Source: a candidate division WOR-3 bacterium
GTDB taxonomy: Bacteria > Hydrothermota > Hydrothermia > JBDRYB01
Assembly: GCA_039803205.1 (NCBI GenBank)
Contig: JBDRYB010000001.1
Span: 32,001 to 96,000 of the forward strand
DNA: 64,000 nucleotides
Direction of reading: 5' to 3'
Both the position numbers and the translations under genes were made by a program. The notes under the pieces were generated by a model. The model worked only from the letters and a program-made list of their open reading frames with translations. It made no database searches and was not told the origin of the DNA. The first letter of the stretch is position 1, and each line of letters opens with the position of its first letter. Positions 58,123-64,000 of this stretch are shown here, piece by piece.

Positions 58123-58833
58123 ATGAACATAAGGGCACAGGCCTGGGCAGAGGAGGCCAGAAAAGCCTCCCTTGAGCCCATAGGGGCTGATGAGACCGCA
58201 AGGGTAATAGACAACACCTTCCTCCATCCTGAGGCAACCCCGGATCAGGTCAAAGAATTCATCGTAAAGAGCCTAAATTATCCCTTTAGGGCCATAGTTG
58301 TTGGCCCAAACATGGTCCGTGTCGCCAGAGAGCTGGTGCCAGAAGGAGGGCCGAGGCTCGTTTCGGTCGCTGGTTTCCCCATGGGATTCCACGCGCTTGA
58401 TGTCAAAATGAGGGAGGCCGAAATCTCAATAAAGGCTGGGGTTTCCGAGATAGATTATGTGATTGACATATCCCTGGCAAAAGATAAGGACTACAGGGCG
58501 CTTGAGAACGAGGCAAAAGCCCTCCTCTCTCTTGGCGTTCCCCTGAAGGCGATCCTGGAATGCGGGCTTCTCTCCGAGGACGAAAAGGAGGACTCAGCGA
58601 GGGCTCTGGCCGGGGCTGGCATCTCCTTTGTCAAGACATCAACGGGTTTTCTGGCTGGCGGCGCGACGCTATACGATGTAGCCCTATTGCATTTCGCTGT
58701 TGAGGGAACTGGTTGCGGCGTAAAGGCATCCGGAGGCATAAGGACCCTAGAAGACCTACAGAGAATGCGGCTGGCCGGAGCGGATATCATAGGCACATCA
58801 TACGGGTTAAAGATAGTCCAAAGCGCTCTGTAG
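58123..58833 (+). CDS. deoC: Deoxyribose-phosphate aldolase
   Basis: IDNTFLHP, GFPMG, EIDYV, FVKTSTGF, VKASGGIR, IGTS. Confidence 0.93.
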   Translation: MNIRAQAWAEEARKASLEPIGADETARVIDNTFLHPEATPDQVKEFIVKSLNYPFRAIVVGPNMVRVARELVPEGGPRLVSVAGFPMGFHALDVKMREAEISIKAGVSEIDYVIDISLAKDKDYRALENEAKALLSLGVPLKAILECGLLSEDEKEDSARALAGAGISFVKTSTGFLAGGATLYDVALLHFAVEGTGCGVKASGGIRTLEDLQRMRLAGADIIGTSYGLKIVQSAL

Positions 58834-58854
58834 CGATCTCGCGAACGGCCCTTG

Positions 58855-59733
58855 CTATGACCCGAAACCCTCAATGACCGCGCCCTCTATGCACCTCTTT
58901 GCCAATCCCTGCAAGACCTTTCCTGGCCCCATTTCAATGAAGCGTTCCGCGCCTTGGTTTTTTGCCTCTCTCAGCATATCCGTCCACCTGACTGGACTCA
59001 ATAACTGGATGAGAAGAGCCTTTTTGAGCTCCTCGGGATCAGCCGTGGCTTTCGCTGTCGCGCAAGGGATAACAGGAACCCTCGGCGGCCTGAATTCGGT
59101 TTTCTCTATCTCGCTCGCTAGCGCCTTTGAAGCTGGCTCCATGAGGGGGGAATGGAAGGCCGCGGAAACCCTGAGAGGGATAACCCTCTTTGCCCCTCGC
59201 TGAGATAGTATCTCGCTTGCCCTCGCGACAGCATCAGTATCCCCCGAGATCACGATCTGGTCAGGCGAGTTAATGTTGGCTATTATAACCGTGCCGCCAG
59301 CCTCCTCAAGGGCCTCTCGTATGCTCATTTCTTCCAGGCCCACGACCGCGGCCATGGTCCCAGGCCTCATCTCGTCCGCCTTTGCCATGAGCTCGCCCCG
59401 CGTTTTCACCAGTCTCATGGCATCCTCGTAGGATATGGCCCCTGCCGCGGCAAGAGCGGAATACTCCCCTAGGCTGTGGCCCATGGTCAGATGAAATTCT
59501 CCCTCCCACGCGGACAAAGCGGCCAAGGAACACGCTACTATGCACGGCTGGGCATTTTCCGTCCTGGTCAAGACCTCCTCCGGCCCCTCAAAACACATAC
59601 TCTTTATAGGCACACCTGTTATCTCCTCGGCCATTTCAATTACAGCGCGGGCCCTTTCGCTTCCTTCATAGAGGGCCTTACCCATCCCGACATACTGAGA
59701 TGCTTGGCCCGGAAACATGAGCGCGGTTTTCAT
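58855..59733 (-). CDS. fabD: Malonyl-CoA:ACP transacylase
   Basis: FPGQASQYVGMG, GHSLGEYSAL, AFHSPLM, PVRW, GPGKVL. Confidence 0.96.
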   Translation of the reverse strand: MKTALMFPGQASQYVGMGKALYEGSERARAVIEMAEEITGVPIKSMCFEGPEEVLTRTENAQPCIVACSLAALSAWEGEFHLTMGHSLGEYSALAAAGAISYEDAMRLVKTRGELMAKADEMRPGTMAAVVGLEEMSIREALEEAGGTVIIANINSPDQIVISGDTDAVARASEILSQRGAKRVIPLRVSAAFHSPLMEPASKALASEIEKTEFRPPRVPVIPCATAKATADPEELKKALLIQLLSPVRWTDMLREAKNQGAERFIEMGPGKVLQGLAKRCIEGAVIEGFGS

Positions 59734-59999
59734 AGAGGGAAATTATATCATCTATCGCTCATCGGTTGCCATTTGCTCAGGGGGCCCCACCCTGCGACAC
59801 GAGGCCATCCTCCCAAAGCCTCCGCAAGGAACGCACGGGGCAAGAGGTCTAATAAATCCACCCCAAGGCTCCCTCTATTTCCCCGGATGGTTGGGCCACA
59901 TAGTGGGAAGGCGATGGTGATATAGCATCTCTCACCGTAACTCCAAGTTTCAAACCCCTTTTCTCCGGCCTTATACTTTGTGGCCTTGGAGATGTTGCT

Positions 60000-61718
60000 A
60001 TGAGTGATACATACACTCACGATATTTTGATCCTCGGAACCGGCCTCGCTGGGCTCAGAGCCGCCCTTGAGATAGGCATGAAAACCAAGGGCAGGTTGAA
60101 CATGGGCCTGGTGTCCAAGGTGCAACTCATGCGCGCTCACTCCGGAGGCGCTGAGGGCGGCACTGCGGCTGTCCTCAGGACCGAGGAGGGGGACAGCACC
60201 GAATTGCACGCCTGGGACACGGTTAAAGGCTCGGATTTCCTCGCGGATCAGGATGTTGTCTTTCGGTTCGTGGAGGGTATGCCAAAGGAGATCCTCATGC
60301 TGGATCACTGGGGCATGCCTTGGTCAAGGAGGCCAGACGGAACCATAGACCAGAGGCCCTTCGGAGGCCACACCTTTCCACGAGCCACCTTCGCGGCTGA
60401 CAAGACCGGATTCTTTGAGATGCAGACCCTATACGATGCGCTTCTGGAATACACGGACAACTTCGCCAGATACGAGGAGTTCTTCGCAACGGCAATACTT
60501 CTCAAAGACGGGAGGTTCGCCGGCCTCGCGGCGATTGACATGCCGCGCGGCAAGCTCGTTCTCTTCAGGGCAAAGGCGCTCATAATCTGCACGGGAGGAG
60601 CGGGAAGGCTTTACGGGTTCACCACATACGCCCACACCGTGACCGGCGACGGGCTCGCTATGGCTCTTAGGATAGGGCTTCCCCTTGAGGACATGGAGTT
60701 CCTCCAATTCCACCCAACCGGCCTCGTTCCGAACGGGGTTCTCATGACAGAAGCGTGCCGAGGAGAGGGAGGCTACCTCAGAAACAACAAGGGCGAGAGG
60801 TTCATGGAACGCTATGTCCCAACGAAGATGGAGCTTGGACCGAGGGACATAATTTCACGCTCAATGATGACCGAGATAGAGGAAGGCAGAGGATTTCCTG
60901 GTCCTGATGGGCTTGATTACCTTCACCTTGACCTCACCCATCTCGGAGCCGATAAAATAAACGAGCGATTGCCCCTCGTCAGGGATGCATCAATGAGCTT
61001 CGTCGGGGTTGATCCCATAAAGGAACCCATCCCTGTCCGACCCGTCGCACACTACTCAATGGGAGGGATAGCCTGTGATATAGATGGCAGAACCGCTATA
61101 GAGAACATTTGGGTTGCTGGAGAGGCCGCTTGCGTGAGTCTCCACGGCGCGAACAGGCTGGGCTCCAATTCAACGGCCGAATGCCTCCTCTGGGGAGCGA
61201 TAACCGGAGCTGAGGCCGCGAAATACGCGTCGGAACACGAGCTTCCCCCTGAGCCCACTGAGGCCTTCTCAGATGAAGAGAAGAAGATGTCCAGGCTTCT
61301 CGGGATGAACGGCAAGGAAAACCCATACGAACTGAGGAACGAGTTGAGGCGGACGATGGACAACTCATTCGGCGTCTTTAGGACAGGCGAGGACATGGAG
61401 CGGGGCCTGAACAAGATCCGCGAGCTAAAACGCAGATTTTCCGACATAAAGGTGACGGATAAATCAACGGTTTACAATACCGACCTGGTTACGGTCTACG
61501 AGCTGGAGAACCTCCTGGACATCGCTGAAGCGCTCGCTTTAGGGGCCATAGCAAGGGAGGAGTCCAGGGGTTCACACGCGAGGCGAGACTTCCCCAAGCG
61601 TGATGACGAGCATTGGCTCAAACACACCCTCGTCTACAGAGAAAAGGATGGAAGCCTCCGGCTGGATTACAAGCCGGTGACCATAACCGCTTGGCTCCCC
61701 ACCGAGCGCAAATACTAG
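60000..61718 (+). CDS. sdhA: Succinate dehydrogenase/fumarate reductase flavoprotein subunit
   Basis: GTGLAGLRAA, RAHSGGAEGG, QFHPTG, HYSMGG, HGANRLGSNS, ESRGSH. Confidence 0.95.
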   Translation: MSDTYTHDILILGTGLAGLRAALEIGMKTKGRLNMGLVSKVQLMRAHSGGAEGGTAAVLRTEEGDSTELHAWDTVKGSDFLADQDVVFRFVEGMPKEILMLDHWGMPWSRRPDGTIDQRPFGGHTFPRATFAADKTGFFEMQTLYDALLEYTDNFARYEEFFATAILLKDGRFAGLAAIDMPRGKLVLFRAKALIICTGGAGRLYGFTTYAHTVTGDGLAMALRIGLPLEDMEFLQFHPTGLVPNGVLMTEACRGEGGYLRNNKGERFMERYVPTKMELGPRDIISRSMMTEIEEGRGFPGPDGLDYLHLDLTHLGADKINERLPLVRDASMSFVGVDPIKEPIPVRPVAHYSMGGIACDIDGRTAIENIWVAGEAACVSLHGANRLGSNSTAECLLWGAITGAEAAKYASEHELPPEPTEAFSDEEKKMSRLLGMNGKENPYELRNELRRTMDNSFGVFRTGEDMERGLNKIRELKRRFSDIKVTDKSTVYNTDLVTVYELENLLDIAEALALGAIAREESRGSHARRDFPKRDDEHWLKHTLVYREKDGSLRLDYKPVTITAWLPTERKY

Positions 61719-61730
61719 GAGGCGAAAAAG

Positions 61731-62177
61731 ATGAAAACGCGCGAACCAAAAACCTTATCCCGCTCCCTCGGCCTCAGAGGCTGGGTATGGGCCGGGAGAT
61801 ACGGGCTTGAGCGCTGGGCATACCTGTTTCACAGGATAACGGGCCTTGCGCTCATAATCTACCTCCCCGCGCACCTCGTAGTCACGGGCCTCAGGCTGTT
61901 CGGGCCCGGACCGTGGGAGGCGTTCGTTGAGTTCTCGCACAATCCGGTTGTCCTCTTCTTTGAGTGGGCACTCATGATCGCGTTTCTCTATCACGCCATA
62001 AACGGATTTAGACTGCTCCTCACAGAGCTTTTCGCGCTCACCATAGGCAAGCCCGCTCACCCGCATATCCCTCCCAGAACCTCCTTAAAGCGTCAGAGGC
62101 CCTTCAACATAGTCCTCATGATCCTCGGGGGCATCTTCATAGTTCTCACTGTGCTTGATTTCTTCGTGTGGAGGTGA
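61731..62177 (+). CDS. sdhC: Succinate dehydrogenase cytochrome b subunit
   Basis: FHRITGL, YHAINGFR, three TM helices. Confidence 0.85.
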   Translation: MKTREPKTLSRSLGLRGWVWAGRYGLERWAYLFHRITGLALIIYLPAHLVVTGLRLFGPGPWEAFVEFSHNPVVLFFEWALMIAFLYHAINGFRLLLTELFALTIGKPAHPHIPPRTSLKRQRPFNIVLMILGGIFIVLTVLDFFVWR

Positions 62178-62180
62178 GCT

Positions 62181-62549
62181 ATGAGAGAGAGACACCTTTG
62201 GCTACTTTTCATCCTTGCCGCGGCGTTTATCCTGGTCACCCTTGCCATCCACATGTTCCTGATGCACATGGGAACCGTGCTCGGATGGCTCGGAATAACC
62301 CTAGGTGATCCCCTCGCCTGGGAGAGCACAATCGCACGGAGCAAGCAAATAGGAACCCTCGTTCTCCTCTTCATCCTTCTTACCGCAGGGCTTTTCCACG
62401 GGCTATATGGCCTCAGGGGAATCCTGATTGAGTGGATAAAGAACCCCATAGGCCAGAAGGCAATAAGCTGGCTCATTGCCCTTTTCGGTGTAGTGGCATA
62501 CGCCTGGGGGCTCGTTGTCCTCTTCGGCGTCTATGCAAAGGGAGGTTGA
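62181..62549 (+). CDS. sdhD: Succinate dehydrogenase membrane anchor subunit
   Basis: Three TMs, FHGLYGLRGILIE. Confidence 0.75.
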   Translation: MRERHLWLLFILAAAFILVTLAIHMFLMHMGTVLGWLGITLGDPLAWESTIARSKQIGTLVLLFILLTAGLFHGLYGLRGILIEWIKNPIGQKAISWLIALFGVVAYAWGLVVLFGVYAKGG

Positions 62550-62550
62550 G

Positions 62551-63351
62551 ATGAAAGCGGTCGTTTTCAGGGTTTTCAGGTTTGATCCTAGCAAGGACGA
62601 GAAGCCCTATTTCAAGGAATACGAGATAACCCTTACAAAAGGCATGACGGTCCTTGAGGCCCTCATCTACATAAAGGAGAAGATAGACCCAACCCTATCG
62701 TTCAGGGCCTCATGCAGAATGGGCGTCTGTGGCTCGTGCGCTATGTATATAAACGGGAAGCCACGCCTTGCTTGCTACAACCAGGTTGAGGGTCTCAAGT
62801 CAAATGTGATATCCGTCGCTCCTCTGCCAAACTACCCGGTCATAAGGGACCTGGTTCCTGACCTCACTTCCCTCTTCCAGAAACACGCCCACATAAAGCC
62901 ATACATAATCCGTCCTGACAGGCAGGAGATGGAGAACCCAACGGGCCAATTTCTCGTTACCCCGAAACAACTAAATGATTTCATCCAATTCGCATACTGC
63001 ATAAAGTGCGGAGCGTGCCTTGCCGCTTGCCCCACTGTCGCGACCGATCCCGCTTTCCTGGGGCCCCAAGCTCTCGCTCAGGCATACAGGTATATCGCTG
63101 ATGTCAGGGACGGAGGCGCTGAGATAAGGTTAAAGATCCTGGACACGGCCCACGGGCCGTTCAGGTGCCACTTCGCTGGTGCTTGCACCGACGCTTGCCC
63201 CAAAGCGGTTGACCCTGCTCTTGGCGTCCAGTATCTCAAGAAGCACATGTTCTTCGGCAAGAAGCAGAAGCCTTCCGGCGTGAAACCCCTAGCTAAGGAG
63301 CATGTGCCCAACGAGAAGTATCCCGCACCGCCGGAGAGAACGGCAAAATAG
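62551..63351 (+). CDS. sdhB: Succinate dehydrogenase iron-sulfur subunit
   Basis: SCRMGVCGSC, CIKCGACLAACP, CHFAGACTDACP. Confidence 0.95.
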   Translation: MKAVVFRVFRFDPSKDEKPYFKEYEITLTKGMTVLEALIYIKEKIDPTLSFRASCRMGVCGSCAMYINGKPRLACYNQVEGLKSNVISVAPLPNYPVIRDLVPDLTSLFQKHAHIKPYIIRPDRQEMENPTGQFLVTPKQLNDFIQFAYCIKCGACLAACPTVATDPAFLGPQALAQAYRYIADVRDGGAEIRLKILDTAHGPFRCHFAGACTDACPKAVDPALGVQYLKKHMFFGKKQKPSGVKPLAKEHVPNEKYPAPPERTAK

Positions 63352-63362
63352 CTTAAGCAGAT

Positions 63363-63395
63363 AAAAAACAAGCCCCGGCCTCGGCCGGGGCCTTT
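63363..63395. terminator. Bidirectional terminator between sdhB and the convergent gene
   Basis: aaaaaacaa-GCCCCGGCC-tc-GGCCGGGGC-cttt. Confidence 0.7.
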
Positions 63396-63409
63396 GATTT
63401 TGTCAGGAT

Positions 63410-64000
63410 TTACCTTACCGCAACCTTCCCCGATTGGTTCTGAGTTTTCCAGAGATAAACCCCTGGCTCAAGGCTCAGCCGGTTTTCGCCCTCGTGCAAT
63501 TCCCCGGAATAAGCTAGCCTCCCGTCGGATTTGTAGATCTTTATCCCAATATCATAAGTGGAGATGAAAAGCGCGGCTCCCGGAACCGGGGAGCAGGTTA
63601 TTTCGGGCTTGGCAAGCTCGGTTTCAGTCAGTTCAAGTGGCGCGCAAGCATCAGTTATAGTCAGGCTCGGGTTAGTTATAGTGGGGCTTGGGGATGATGT
63701 GCTGGGGGAACAGTTCACTCCAACAGAAGGCGAGGATGTGGCTGGCGAAACATCGTAGACAGCTGGCGAACAATCCTGAACACAGCCGGGATAGTTCCCG
63801 TTCTGATCCAGCTTGAGGACGAGGAAATCAGCATCGCCAGCGCCAAAACTCCATGTCAATCCCGCGACAGCGTAGCCTCCATCAGAGGTTTGGGTTATTG
63901 ACCAGGCGTCGTCACCGCTCGTTCCGCCAAATGTCCTCGCCCAGGCAAGAGAGCCGTCCGGGTTCAGCTTGAGGACGAGGAGATCTACATCGCCGGCGCC
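63410..64000 (-). CDS. Partial (runs off window) paralog of the 22353-23879 secreted repeat protein
   Basis: Frame open to 64000: GAGDVDLLVLKLNPDGSLAWARTFGG...QTSDGGYAVAG; C-terminus IYKSDGRLAYSG...GVYLW...GKVAVR. Confidence 0.8.
   Translation of the reverse strand, partial: GAGDVDLLVLKLNPDGSLAWARTFGGTSGDDAWSITQTSDGGYAVAGLTWSFGAGDADFLVLKLDQNGNYPGCVQDCSPAVYDVSPATSSPSVGVNCSPSTSSPSPTITNPSLTITDACAPLELTETELAKPEITCSPVPGAALFISTYDIGIKIYKSDGRLAYSGELHEGENRLSLEPGVYLWKTQNQSGKVAVR

Noticed and set aside
59750..59990. fabD-sdhA intergenic region with a GGTGA...TCACC inverted repeat
   Set aside because: A 5-bp stem is too weak to distinguish from chance, and there is no other support.

Overview
Chromosomal 64 kb window from a GC-rich diderm bacterium. 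T9SS-like C-terminal domains, LptC, OmpA, TonB and heavy AGG/ATA codon use suggest an FCB-related, possibly WOR-3-like lineage (inference only). Most genes are scattered housekeeping genes: purC/purS, asd, rfbB, eno, gap, nth, thiL, pyrB/pyrC, ftsK, accD, lptC, deoC, fabD and sdhA-C-D-B. The window also holds tmRNA, tRNA-Leu(TAG), two type II restriction-modification pairs, four radical SAM enzymes and a methanogen-type homocysteine synthesis cluster. I found no CRISPR array, integrase, transposase or reverse transcriptase. Highlights: (1) A candidate RiPP system: a radical SAM/SPASM enzyme with a C-terminal PqqD-like domain faces an unannotated peptide gene with a KPYEKPRI leader motif, directly behind the tmRNA 3' end. 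(2) A repeated cassette (2 full copies, a probable third at the edge): a TPR + wHTH/BTAD (SARP-like) regulator divergent from secreted repeat proteins. Each copy has its own 11-bp-period direct-repeat operator, the regulator 3' ends are near-identical over 209 nt, and a conserved GCACCTCCC-loop hairpin closes the cassette. (3) Pervasive leaderless-type TANNNT-6/8nt-start architecture and ultra-short uncharged signal peptides. (4) A second SPASM enzyme coupled to a CxxxCY protein, and a structured leader before the homocysteine operon. All calls come from reading the sequence by eye; no database searches were run.
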